From Patiria miniata (Eukaryota), in assembly GCF_015706575.1 (NCBI RefSeq), contig NW_024037076.1:22733286-22797285 (forward strand): a stretch of DNA of 64,000 nucleotides. The letters are read 5' to 3'. The notes beneath the pieces were generated by a model that was not told the origin of the DNA, did not search any database, and saw only the letters and a program-made list of their open reading frames with translations. Made by a program: the position numbers and the translations under genes. Every line of letters starts with the position of its first letter. Position 1 is the stretch's first letter. Of this stretch, positions 1-10,500 are shown piece by piece.

Positions 1-14
1 TCAGAGCCGTTTAC

Positions 15-83
15 CTTGAAGAGATAATCCAGGATCTGATCCAGATACGGCTCAGGATAATTCACCAATAACCTGGACGTAGC
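15..83 (-). CDS. GALC: GALC paralog copy B exon 2, encoding [23 protein letters not shown]. The remainder of copy B lies beyond the left edge of the window.
   Basis: Positions 1-105 are identical to 12575-12680 apart from one synonymous change. The acceptor cag and the gtaaac donor are the same as in copy A. Confidence 0.75.
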
Positions 84-829
84 CTGGACAAAAACAAGTT
101 CATCTTCAAAATTAGTGGATGTTAAGGCTTGAAATGACAATTTATGGTAGGGTACCAATAGGTACTACTTTACTTACAATCCAGATGAAAAGGGAAATTT
201 CCAGTTAACTTCCGAGAGCTCACTGCTCATGGAAATGTTAAACTTCCAACTCATTTGAAAGACACATTGGGTCGTACCCAGTGTTTGTTAATGGTCCCGA
301 GTGTGATTCTGTTATTGTTAACTTAAGTTTTGACTAAAACAGTCGTCAGGTGTGCGCTTCAGCACCAGTTGACGAGGTTCTGTGTGTTTTCTTGTGGGTC
401 TCTTGTGACCACACTGTCACACCTAGGTTATGTGAATTCCTGATGAGCTTGTTAAGCTGGAGTTACTCAAGCTAGTTTTGAAGGTGAAATCTGATGTTTT
501 TGTTGGCAATGATGGGTTTTTGGGTCAACGGTAGCTTGAGTAACTCCAGCTTTAATCCTTATCTTATGCGATAAGCATTAGAGCTGGAGTTACTCAAGCT
601 AGGTCAACAGCAGAATTGTGTCACGTGATGGCAGCACCATTGCTTGGATCCTACTATCGCCAGACCACGTCCGAATGTTATTAAATAGGCGACAAGTTGG
701 GTCCCAGTTACTCGGACTGTATGGGCTGGGGTCATTAAATGATTTATCATGAGAATGTAATGACTGTTGAACCTGACTGTTTATCAATATCTAGCATTAT
801 TACACCATTTTTAATTTGTTTGCAAATAT

Positions 830-1433
830 GGTTGAATTATACATGTACATTAAATTGAAGCTCTGGACGGGAGGAAGACAATGGCGCAAAAATAAATGCC
901 ATAGGTGCTTCCTTTCAGGAGTTATGCCCTCCCAAAGACACCATACTCGTGACTCTTCTGGTCGTCATTTGTGTCAACGTGATTGTTTTCTTAGAAATGA
1001 GCATAGGCCCTACTGTTTATTTTAAGTTCCCATTTAGTCAAACTTGACATCAAATTAAAGCTCTTGATGTGAGAAAGACAATAGTGCAAACGATATTGCC
1101 GTAAGTACTTTCCATCAGGAATTATGCCCTCCTGAAGACACCATACTCCATGAATTCGTCTGGTTGTCATTTCAGTCAACATGATATTTTAGCTTCAAAT
1201 ATAGTCAAACTTAAAATCATATTAAAGCTCTGGTGTAAACGATATTGCCATAGGTGCTTTTGTTAAGGAGTTATGCCCTCCCGAACACACCGTACTCCTG
1301 TAACTCTTCTGGGCATCATTTAAGTCAACATGACTGTTTACTTAGAAATGAGCACACTGGGTTTTTTTAAGTTCAAATTAAGTCAATGTTTACATTAAAT
1401 TAAGATAGTGGATATTTTGCCGGAGGTAATGAC
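830..1433. repeat. Tandem satellite with a unit of about 185-200 bp and three and a half copies. The units carry conserved blocks attaaagctct, gccataggtgctt, gttatgccctcc and agtcaac.tga. The array continues as a partial unit after the insertion, at 1956-2010.
   Basis: Direct comparison of 848-1050, 1051-1215 and 1216-1395 shows 80-90 percent identity between the units. Confidence 0.7.
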
Positions 1434-1955
1434 GGCAAACTAACGTTTACTAAAGGTTTGCCGGCGGCAATCCATATCAACAGAGGGCGCTGTACTCTTT
1501 AAGATAGGGCTGAATTATAAGATGTATTAAATTCTCACCAAAAGTTGTGTAGCACGTTTAGTGTAGTGGTTAAGCAAAGGCTCTAGTAAGCGGGATGACT
1601 CAGGTTCAATTCCGACCGCAGCACATTTTTAAGGTTTTTTTTCTCATCCCCAAATAAATAAGAATATTCTTCTTTTATTATTTTAACATGTCTCAAACAT
1701 TTTTTTGCAGAGTATTACATTTTCTTTTTCAGATTTGTGGCTCTGGAGGATTTTTTTTAAAAGGGAAATAAAGTCCGAAATTATAAAATGGTCTGAATCC
1801 CATCTTGTGAATACGAGGTTACAACGATAATTTTGGCATGGAGCCAGACTAAAATTTGTCACCGGAAAATGTTTAAGTACAAAAAAACAGTAACTGCGCA
1901 TGTTCAGTGCATATCCGGCAAACTAACGTTTACTAAAGGTTTGCCGTCTCTGGCA
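1434..1955. mobile_element. Insertion of about 460 bp into the satellite, bounded by two identical 30-bp direct repeats GGCAAACTAACGTTTACTAAAGGTTTGCCG at 1434-1463 and 1926-1955. Each repeat is itself an imperfect palindrome. The insertion carries the tRNA-like element and a pol-III terminator.
   Basis: The terminal direct repeats are exact. An outer inverted repeat, atattttgccgg and ctggcaaaatat, is also present. Satellite sequence resumes immediately on both sides. Confidence 0.5.
1551..1626 (+). pseudogene. tRNA-like pol-III element (tRNA pseudogene or SINE head). It has a D-loop TAGTGTAGTGGTTA and a T-loop GGTTCAATTCC but no intact acceptor stem. Oligo-T terminators follow at 1626-1642.
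   Basis: Conserved tRNA D-arm and T-arm boxes (A-box and B-box) are present. The 5' and 3' ends cannot pair into a 7-bp acceptor stem. The element lies inside a hairpin-flanked insertion. Confidence 0.45.
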
Positions 1956-2223
1956 AAATATACACTGCCTTAAATTAAACCTCTTGATGTGCAAAATACA
2001 CTAGTAGTACTAGTATAAAAAAATCTCAAATTTATTTCCATTCTCTGTTATTAAACCGCTCTAATCCACCCCACTTCCACACCCCAGTATCAGTTTCACC
2101 CCATAGGCCCATCCCACCGGTACCCCAACACAACCCACGAGTTAAACACAATATCAAGTTTACTGGTTTGGTTAGGTTATCATGGTTATGGGGCTAGGAA
2201 ATCTGCAAATTTTAAGCACTTAC

Positions 2224-2370
2224 TCCTCCACCACTGAGTCCGCCAATTCCATCAAACCGCCTTCCAAGCCCTGGTACATCACTTATCACGTATTGAGAGG
2301 CTACAGAATAGCTACCAATCAACTGCAACACGAATAAAATGTGAAAAACCTCTGCGATAAAATACGACAT
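2224..2370 (-). CDS. GALC: GALC paralog copy B exon 1. It encodes MSYFIAEVFHILFVLQLIGSYSVASQYVISDVPGLGRRFDGIGGLSGGG and is followed by a gtaagt donor.
   Basis: The 147-nt exon is collinear with copy A exon 1 and differs at 5 aa (AH to SY, AS to VP, Y to F). The donor is the same, and the 5' UTR similarity extends about 100 bp upstream (2371-2470 compared with 14421-14520). Confidence 0.8.
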
Positions 2371-2595
2371 TGTCGGCTCCTCTCGATCTCAATGTTTAAT
2401 GATCTGGTGCCCTAAAATTGTTGAATCGGTACAACTACCACACCACTAGACACCAGACATACCAGGCGCCCAAAACATATGAGGCAAGATATGAGGCACA
2501 ACTTTTGACCACATATCTTTTATATTTCGTACTTGCTGCTATTACAAAAAAAATCGCGCGAGAGCCGACATGTTCCTTATCGAGTGCTGATTGGT

Positions 2596-2608
2596 CAGTT
2601 TGGGAGGT
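2596..2608. promoter_or_regulatory. Inverted CCAAT box (gctgATTGGtcag), about 230 bp upstream of the copy B GALC start codon.
   Basis: The motif is an ATTGG or Y-box type and lies in a CpG-containing segment (tcgcgcgagagccgac) 5' of exon 1 on the coding strand. Confidence 0.25.
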
Positions 2609-3508
2609 GTGGCACTTAATATTCATAAATCTGTCACAAGTTTTTATATTGATCACGAAATTACAAATAAATGCCCGTGAACTAACTTTAGTTATTACAG
2701 CAAATAGGCCAGGCCTGACAAATAAAGAAATAAATTATTATATTATTTAAAAAAAAAAAAAAGGATAAAAAGAACTCCACTTTCTTGAAAAATCATGAAC
2801 AAATGAATGTTGCATAGATTATTTTATTTTCCTCATCTTAACGGCACTTTACATTTGTTATGTCAAGAGTTAAATCATAATTTGTGGTTGAAATAGCTGA
2901 AGAAGTAATTCAATCCGATAACCAGGTCATTTATTTGGCCATTTTACATTCAGGCATCACTGTGGGAAGTTGATGTTCAGCTAATAAACCAGCTTTTGTC
3001 TGAAGTAGTATTCTCATGAAAGATTCTCCCTCCCACAAAACTCTCACTGTTTGCCAAACCAAGGTTATAATGGTTTGATAGCATTCATCATGGAATAACT
3101 CTCAAAGAAATGTATTCATACAAGTAGGAATAGGAAATATGACAATGCAAAGGCTCATTTTATTTCACTTCTAAAAATGAAAGAAAACTTGATTAAGCAG
3201 CTGGGAACACTTCCAGCATTCTGTAAGTACACAATTAAGTAAATTTTAACTTAAATACATGTACTCAGTTCTGTAGAAATATGTGGAAAATATAAAAGAG
3301 TATTACTACTCTTCAGACTAGAAATCTACGGCATATTAAGAGTATTACTACCCTTCGGACTACTCTACAGAATAATAAAAGTATTACTATCCTTCCGAAA
3401 AAAACAACTAGTTTTAATAATACAATGTAGTACCATCCAGTACATCAGTTTTTCAAATTCTCAGTAACACTAGCCAAATCAACCTGTATATTATGTTTTA
3501 GAGTGGTT

Positions 3509-3514
3509 TATTTA
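3509..3514 (-). terminator. Candidate polyadenylation signal (AATAAA) of GALC copy A, about 440 nt downstream of the stop codon.
   Basis: The plus strand reads tttatt within gagtggtttatttattg. The position suits a 3' UTR of a few hundred nt, and no other coding sequence follows. Confidence 0.35.
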
Positions 3515-3952
3515 TTGTGTCAATGGTAGAAACCAGATGATCATTTGCCATTTTTACCATCATGATGTTTACCATTTATATTTAAACTTCAACTTTACTG
3601 TTGACGTTAATAATATGTATTATGTCCACTTTTAAATGTATTTTTTTTGTTAGTATACATGTAAATGTTACCATGTGCAATTCAGCTGCAAGGATGCAAT
3701 ACATTGGATTTTGTAATACACCAAAATAATACATTGGTGTACTGAATTAATTCTTGGTTTTACGCCCCCCCCCCCACAAAAAAAAAGGGCAAAGAAGGAC
3801 GTTACTCATCAAAAGTTTAATGTTACTGTTTCTTGTAGTAACACTTGCATCATATGCCTGCCTTCATAGGCTAAATGGTTTGTTTTTTAAGTTACAGGTC
3901 AGTAATAACTGATCATGTTACACATGTAAGTACCTGGCACTGAGCTATCAAT

Positions 3953-4105
3953 CTAAGATGCTGAAATAATGTCGAAATTATCAAACTGCGCTGATGCATA
4001 GTTAGGCATTCCCATGGCAACGAATCCATGACTGGGGATTGTCTTAGGATCTAGTGATGCAGTGAACAGCGTCTTGCCTTGGACGAATCCTGTAGCTTTG
4101 TTGTC
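3953..4105 (-). CDS. GALC: GALC copy A terminal exon 15, encoding DNKATGFVQGKTLFTASLDPKTIPSHGFVAMGMPNYASAQFDNFDIISAS and the TAG stop at 3953-3955.
   Basis: The acceptor is ttgcctccag. The sequence matches the human C-terminus [25 protein letters not shown]. An AATAAA signal lies on the minus strand at about 3509-3514. Confidence 0.88.
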   Translation of the reverse strand, partial: DNKATGFVQGKTLFTASLDPKTIPSHGFVAMGMPNYASAQFDNFDIISAS

Positions 4106-4436
4106 CTGGAGGCAACACAGAGAAAATAAAACAAATGAAAAACAGTCACAGTGACCATCTGTGTACCATCAATACGTATCATGATCAAAACTGCATTCTC
4201 AAATGCACTGTGTATTACTAAATCTTTTAAAACTGGAATGTTGTAATTATTTTAGTATTTTAATGACAACAGATCCGCGATCCATGTCAATAAAATAATG
4301 TAATACCAAATATTCTCATTCATTCATAAATTGGCCAATTCAAAATCTGACCTTATAATATGCAACCATCTAATCAACAGACCATAAAGCCGTTGCTTAA
4401 CTTGGACATCCTGACCAACCACCGACAATTTCTTAC

Positions 4437-4513
4437 CTGAATCAGAAGTTGCATTTTGAACCACATTCCACTCTTGACATCAACTTGACCGGAATTCAGA
4501 AGAAATTGGCGAT
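4437..4513 (-). CDS. GALC: GALC copy A exon 14, encoding (H)RQFLLNSGQVDVKSGMWFKMQLLIQ.
   Basis: The acceptor is tttttttcaattcag and the donor is gtaaga. The sequence matches human [25 protein letters not shown]. Confidence 0.82.
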
Positions 4514-4724
4514 CTGAATTGAAAAAAACAACATTAAATTGTTAACATGACAAAGATATCTTTTGTAGTATTTCCTTGTTTTGGGTGCTACAGTGAGTAA
4601 TAGGCAGGGCTGTTTTTGGTATTACAATGACTAAAGGATTAAATCAATTACTTCATTATTCCAAAGGTAAAAAGTTACACCAAATTCAGTTGAAAGGCTC
4701 TGTGATATATAACAATGAACTTAC

Positions 4725-4882
4725 GTATGTCTGAGTAAACAGCAAATGTCCCATTGGAGTAAACAATAAAGAACAGTCCCGTTGCCGCGACAACCTTACA
4801 GCCACCATGGTTGATACGTTGCGCAAGAAATGCACCGGTATTATCTCCCAGCTTGACGTCCATGGAAACGTTGGCGTTCTGC
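4725..4882 (-). CDS. GALC: GALC copy A exon 13, encoding QNANVSMDVKLGDNTGAFLAQRINHGGCKVVAATGLFFIVYSNGTFAVYSDI.
   Basis: The acceptor is ttccattgtag and the donor is gtaagt. The sequence matches human [56 protein letters not shown]. Confidence 0.88.
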
Positions 4883-5252
4883 CTACAATGGAAATAAATA
4901 GCAAGGTAGTTCTAACATCACAGTGTAACATACATGGAGGAGAATACAGAATGATCAAATAAATCAAATGCCTACACTTGCAACACATTGGCAAACCAAA
5001 AAATATGTTGATTGGCAAAACAAAAAATGGCTAAATATTTTGGACGCACCAGTCAGATAAACACTACAAGCCTCTTAGGAGTTCCTGTGAGATCCATCCC
5101 CCCACCCCCGAAATAATCCACTGATAAAATGTCTTATTTTGCTCCCATCTGCAATCCAGTCTGTGCCGACTTGGTCACAAAACACAACCTAAGGACAAAG
5201 AAAACACAGACAGGCAGACCAACTAACAAACGATAAGACCAAATCCATTTAC

Positions 5253-5427
5253 CAGGAGTAGTTGCCAATGACAGAGATAGGAGACTCAGCCGCTGGACAC
5301 CAATAGACTGGTGACTCAAGGACAACCTGTTCCATCACCAATTTATGAGTCGGGTCACCAGACTCTCGAATCTCCCAAACACCGGCCTGGTCAGCAAAGT
5401 TACTAGCTTCGCTGAATTCTGGGTAAT
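5253..5427 (-). CDS. GALC: GALC copy A exon 12, encoding (N)YPEFSEASNFADQAGVWEIRESGDPTHKLVMEQVVLESPVYWCPAAESPISVIGNYS(W).
   Basis: The acceptor is ccatccag and the donor is gtaaat. The sequence matches human [60 protein letters not shown]. Confidence 0.88.
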
Positions 5428-5812
5428 CTGGATGGATAGAATTCATTGGCAGAAAAACAAAACAATAATTGAATGTAGAGGGTATATTCATGTGGAATTT
5501 AACCTGATTATTGTTGAAAATTTGCTGTTGATAAATTGAAAGCAACAATATCATCGGCAGCACCACTAAGTGACATATCGTGTGCACAAAGTCCATCTAC
5601 AGATGCACCCAACAATATGAAAGAAAAAAACTGGAGTGCAATTTTGACGAAAAGCACAGAAAGAGATAAAGGCGGCTACAAAGGCACAAACAAAGAATTT
5701 AAGTGATACAACCTTAATACCACAACAGGTTCAAAGCCTTTTTCAACAGAAGTGAACTTTGTTGGGAGCTATGGTTAGGTTGCATAGATGATATAATTGA
5801 AAACAAACTCAC

Positions 5813-5954
5813 TGTCAAAGTTATCTGAGTAAGGTACAGGGAAGGGGGCAGATGGCGGGGGTGTAGGGTAGTTCCCCTTATAACCCCTCTCAGTGGTTGT
5901 CAGGGTGTAAACCTCATCAGGATTCAGACTTAAGGTGAAACTGCCATTCACAAC
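5813..5954 (-). CDS. GALC: GALC copy A exon 11, encoding VVNGSFTLSLNPDEVYTLTTTERGYKGNYPTPPPSAPFPVPYSDNFD.
   Basis: The acceptor is tttcag and the donor is gtgagt. The sequence matches human [47 protein letters not shown]. Confidence 0.88.
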
Positions 5955-6164
5955 CTGAAATTAAGCAAGAGGCGAAATGTTCAAATCCAGCATTAAATGA
6001 AAAGTCAGGCCAGTCGGTCAGGCTGAGCCAAAAAAAGTCATTTCAAACCAACAAAATTGTCTTTGCCAACCATTATCAAAATATTTGAGGCAGTAAGAAT
6101 ACGATTCTGTGGTCTTTACGTTAAGTCAGGAATTAGACAAACACCTCGGACATTGAAAGCCTAC

Positions 6165-6254
6165 CTTAATTGGATTCTTCTTGGCAAACATTGTTGATGT
6201 CTGGCCACTGAATGTGAGCTTGGAATACCACACATTAAGACTGCTAACTTTGGC
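6165..6254 (-). CDS. GALC: GALC copy A exon 10, encoding AKVSSLNVWYSKLTFSGQTSTMFAKKNPIK.
   Basis: The acceptor is cttttcag and the donor is gtaggc. The sequence matches human [25 protein letters not shown]. Confidence 0.85.
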
Positions 6255-6563
6255 CTGAAAAAGTAAAAGAAAAAAAGAAAATAGAATACCGACCCATTTT
6301 GCATTTGTTTGGAGATACAATTATTGAAAAATAAACAAAAACTGTTGCAAACTTCTGACTTATTAGATTTACCTGAAATGTAAAACTATAAAATTTAGGG
6401 GGCCTAATGTGAAGATCGTAGATGGATCTTTTCTTTTTAAAGTTTCTGCTTAGATCAAAATGTCAAGACCTCCAACTTGATTGTTTGTAGATAATGTGTC
6501 ATCACAAATGTGAACTGAACTTATATTTTGTTATTGTTCTAATAAAGATGACATTTTACTCAC

Positions 6564-6653
6564 AAAACTGCCTTGGAGAGTAAACTTGGCTGTCTGGGGT
6601 GCCACATTGTAAGGTGGTAAGTAGGGGCGGATACACTTAGAATGATCATGAGT
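6564..6653 (-). CDS. GALC: GALC copy A exon 9, encoding [30 protein letters not shown].
   Basis: The acceptor is ttttttttacag and the donor is gtgagt. The sequence matches human [30 protein letters not shown]. Confidence 0.88.
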
Positions 6654-7011
6654 CTGTAAAAAAAATGTGAATTAAATGTTATTGTGTGTTACAAGGTTTT
6701 TTCTTCAGTGGAACTGTTTCCTTGAATTTTAGTACACTTAAAGCATGACATATCTTTAATATCTTGTAATATGAAGCTTGGCAAGAAAAGATTATATATT
6801 ATTGCATAATTTCTCTTCATTCCACCTTTAAACTAAAACTTCAGAATCCTGCCTTCGGATGTCTTGAATAAGACAGAACGTGAAATGTGATTTTGTCATA
6901 TGAAAGCAGTTTAAAGCAATCAATCGTTTCTACAAGTTCATACTTGAATAAAATTCAAAATAAGTTTCTGGGTTTTTTCTTAAATAGATTTTTTCTTAAG
7001 TGTCTACATAC

Positions 7012-7145
7012 CATAGTCTCTATAATGATGGTCAAATTAACACCGTCCGTCATGGATACAAAGCTTCCTCCCTTGTCTAGATGCTGCACTCCAGACTTGT
7101 GCTTCAAATACATCCATCCCGGATCAGTAAACTGAGTGGTATGAG
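7012..7145 (-). CDS. GALC: GALC copy A exon 8, encoding (A)[44 protein letters not shown].
   Basis: The acceptor is ttgttcag and the donor is gtatgt. The sequence matches human [43 protein letters not shown]. Confidence 0.9.
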
Positions 7146-7677
7146 CTGAACAAAATATACAGTCGATTAGACAATTATGTGTAGACGATTCAGACTTTGT
7201 GTCTGTGGCTACAGATGTTCACGGTAGTGTGTCAATCATTGCAAAGCCGTAGTCAAATAAATACTGGATTACAACATATTTGACAGTCTGCATGATGAAG
7301 TTAGCAATGAGAGTAAGTTTGCAGTAGAACTATTTATGTCTGTGGGTTTGTGTGGTTCCGTTACAATCCAGGAAATAAAACATGTTGTATAGTAAGCTCT
7401 GCCTGATCATCAGAACTCTCAATAAATAACTGATTTAGAATGTGGTCTTACAAATTTTTACTACCAACTTCTTAACTGCGGGAGCGGAGGGATTTAGCCA
7501 CAACGTTGAATGAAGAGGTTGTGATGAACTCGCAAGCTACGTCATGCTTAACAAAATCAAAATCAGACTCTGAAAGGTAACTATCATTTCTATGTCAACT
7601 TCGTAACTGATTGGTCTTCATCAGTCCATTATGTTTACGGCAAACTGAACATCTTACAGAGCGCCCTCATTACATAC

Positions 7678-7840
7678 CCGTTATCCAGATTGTATCAGTG
7701 ACCTCATAGTGCGAATTCCACGGCTCGTTGGCTGTCATAAGTCCGTCACGTGTATACGGCAAAGCGTCATAGTACGATGCTATCAGGTTCCAGGAGATTG
7801 TAGAAGTCATCATTCCATTCACGTAGTTCTGGTTCAAGAT
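7678..7840 (-). CDS. GALC: GALC copy A exon 7, encoding [54 protein letters not shown].
   Basis: The acceptor is tctgcag and the donor is gtatgt. The sequence matches human [54 protein letters not shown]. Confidence 0.9.
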
Positions 7841-8113
7841 CTGCAGATAGCAAGTCAGGAATTCCAATCAATTTGGAATGAGCGATACAGGTGCAGTGCC
7901 AACAAATGGAGACTTTCAACCAGTTCTTTTGAGAACTACACAAACTTACAAAAGAGATTTCTTTCACATGGTGCACCAACAAACTTCCTCTGACACAACT
8001 TTACCAGATAAAATGATTAAATAAACCAACAAAGATGCTTGCATGCAACAAAATAAGTTAAAACAGCCTACACAGATTTATCACACACCAAAAAAACCAT
8101 AACTGTCGCCTAC

Positions 8114-8231
8114 CCTGGCCCAACATCCTGCTCCAACTTCATTATTGTTTGTGCTGTAATCTTCCGATGCCCAGATGGTCTTGCCAGTTTCCAACGTGTA
8201 GTTGGTGACTTGAGTCCCAGGATAATGCACC
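8114..8231 (-). CDS. GALC: GALC copy A exon 6, encoding [39 protein letters not shown]. It contains the nucleophile-region motif SEDY (human SSEDF).
   Basis: The acceptor is cctacag and the donor is gtaggc. The sequence matches human [39 protein letters not shown]. Confidence 0.9.
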
Positions 8232-8740
8232 CTGTAGGAAGTACATTTTATTTTATTGCAATTATACAACTTAGAGTGCATCACAAATTTCAATTCATGA
8301 TGTGTTTGATGATCTTTAGTTTTGGTATAATTTATTACCTATCTGCTCATTGTTCTCCACAATAGAAAGTTCTTATCTCTAACAAAAAATGCATGTCTAA
8401 ACACTGATGGTGCTCATATGATGTAATGACATTGCTAAATATTTACCGTTATTGATAATGTTCAATTGCTTCAAGTTAACAACTTTGCTAATACCATCTT
8501 TAAAAGTTAATTACAATATAATTAGCTTGCTTAGGAATGATAAACTCATTTACAAGTGAAGTTAGAGTGTCATGGTGTACAGCAGAATGGTAGGTGCGCT
8601 GGTTTTAAGGAAGCACAGGAGATCAAAGGAGTATGATATGAACAGAAAATATGAAAGAAAATAATAAATGAACCTCAGCCACCAAACAGTTGCAGTCCAA
8701 TTGATTGATGAAATAGGAAATACATGTGTTTGAATCATAC

Positions 8741-8907
8741 CCAATAATAGCCACATCTTTGGCAATTTCTGGGTCGTTGTGTATCGCGATACTGATGAAT
8801 TCAAGATTGTCAGCTGCTACAATTAGCGTCTCAGAAAGACCTTTCTTATCCAGCGTTTTTCGGAGAACTTTTATGTATTCAATATCAAAGGGTCGTTCGT
8901 TCCATAT
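8741..8907 (-). CDS. GALC: GALC copy A exon 5, encoding IWNERPFDIEYIKVLRKTLDKKGLSETLIVAADNLEFISIAIHNDPEIAKDVAII(G). It contains the WNE acid/base motif.
   Basis: The acceptor is cag and the donor is gtatga. The sequence matches human [34 protein letters not shown]. The exon ends with GG, completed to a glycine codon by exon 6. Confidence 0.9.
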
Positions 8908-9338
8908 CTGATAACAGAAGAAGCAAAGTTACCGTATAAACAAACAAAAAAGTTTTATATGCCATGAATTTCAAGATGTGGCACATTCAAAACATTTGAC
9001 AAAGTTTAAAAATATGCAAATACGTTCTCGCTCGAACCTTGGATTGGGCATCATGGTCCAAAGATTGACAGTCATATTGGGGAGGCCATTTTACAGTTAC
9101 CGCAGACCTTTGACCTTTGTATCCCATGAATGGAGTTTTGATAGCCTGCCCTGAAATTTAACTACAATTGCCCCCCAAAAATGCAAATTCTAAGGCAACT
9201 TCACTGCAACAGGAACCTTCCAAGGAAAATGTTACTGGTTTTAAGTTAGAATGATGCATTAATTCGCGTGATAAGGAAGCATTAGTGCAGCCATCTTGGT
9301 CATGTTCCCTAATAACTGCTATAAAGGGCCATCAGATC

Positions 9339-9532
9339 CATTCGCTCTTTGCACGTTCCTCCATATGTAAGCATGCAGTGCCTCGATCTGGCAACTTTGC
9401 ACGATAAAAATAGCCGGTTTAGTGATTCCCATGTATACACGCGAATAACTGAACCGGCGATATTTATTGTGTAAAGTTGCCCGATCGAGGCTCTGCATGC
9501 TCATGGCAGCTAGAAGCGTGCAAAGAGTGAAT
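9339..9532. repeat. Long palindrome or foldback element of about 195 bp in GALC intron 4. Its arms are cattcgctctttgcacg..gcatgcagtgcctcgatctggcaactttgcacg and cgtgcaaagttgcccgatcgaggctctgcatgc..cgtgcaaagagtgaatt, separated by an inner palindrome aaatagccggtt/aaccggcgatattt.
   Basis: Reverse-complement comparison shows about 90-nt arms with only a few mismatches. Confidence 0.6.
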
Positions 9533-10304
9533 TGGCACCAGACCATTTTGTAGCAAAATTAAGTTGGCTGCAAGTTAGCTAATTGTTCGCAACATCTTAG
9601 TTACATTTCACTAATTGTTAAGACTGTCTTATATTCTGAACCCATTCTGAGACTGTGCAATAGAAAAGTGGTTGTGTATCATGTCTCTTGACGACAGGGA
9701 AGAGTATTCTGTCTGAAAATGTTGACTTTACCCGAATCTTTACAGAACCTCACAAACTCACAAAACAGATTTGTCAAGTGGCGCTAACACAAATCTTTAT
9801 GCTATTGCTATCTTCCCCACACAAACCTTCAAATTTGATTATGAGCACTGTATTTTTAATGAAATGCACTCTGATGTTTAAATGTGCGCAAAGAAAAAGC
9901 ACAGAGGTGGAAAGCAGATTTAGGATAGATGAACTCAAGCCTCCTACCCTATAATCTGAACAGCTGCAGCCAATGCTTTATCCATCAAGATATCCTGACT
10001 GATTGCTGATGTCCCATCAGCAGCAACCACTGCTATATGGCTGAGGCCAGCTTTGTTTAGAGAGGATCTCAAAGTCTTGATGTAGGTAGAGTTATATGGC
10101 CTTTCATTCCAAATCTAGAATTAGGAATATTGAATTCTTCAGTATATGGACCAATTTGGAAGAACTCTTGAATTTAAGTATCAAGTCACATAAATATTGC
10201 TAAACAAATTCAAAAAATACAATGGCATGGTAGAAAGACCAACTTAGACAAGCAGCAGCAGAGGAAAAAAAAGAAAAAAAATAATTGTAAAAATAAGCAA
10301 TTAT

Positions 10305-10500
10305 TAGTATTTTTTTTTTTTTAATTAATTTATTCAGCTTATCAAATTAGGTTTTGCCCTTCACCGACATATAAACACTGTATACTCAGTGTGTTACCTC
10401 CCGAGTGAAAGTTGGAAAGAATCACTCGGGTGGGACTCAAACCCACGACCTCCTGCTTTCTAGTGCAGATGTCTTACCACTCGACCACCGAGCTAATGGG
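10305..10500 (-). mobile_element. tRNA-derived SINE-like element in GALC intron 4. The tRNA-like head is at about 10425-10497, with a B-box GGGTTTGAGTCCC. The body ends in an A-rich tail (plus-strand T-run at 10307-10321).
   Basis: A-box and B-box motifs, a tRNA-like cloverleaf with imperfect stems, and a 3' poly-A tail are all present. The element is related to the copy at 51730-51800. Confidence 0.5.

Noticed and set aside
1551-1626. Calling the tRNA-like sequences functional tRNA genes (for example tRNA-Val from the TAGTGTAGTGGTTA D-loop).
   Set aside because: The acceptor-stem and T-stem pairings cannot be formed at 1551-1626, 10425-10497 or 51730-51800. They behave as SINE heads or pseudogenes.
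4686-5018. The 110-aa minus-strand ORF overlapping GALC exon 13.
   Set aside because: It is in the wrong frame relative to the GALC exon, which is encoded by ORF 4675..4863. It runs through intron and has no homology.
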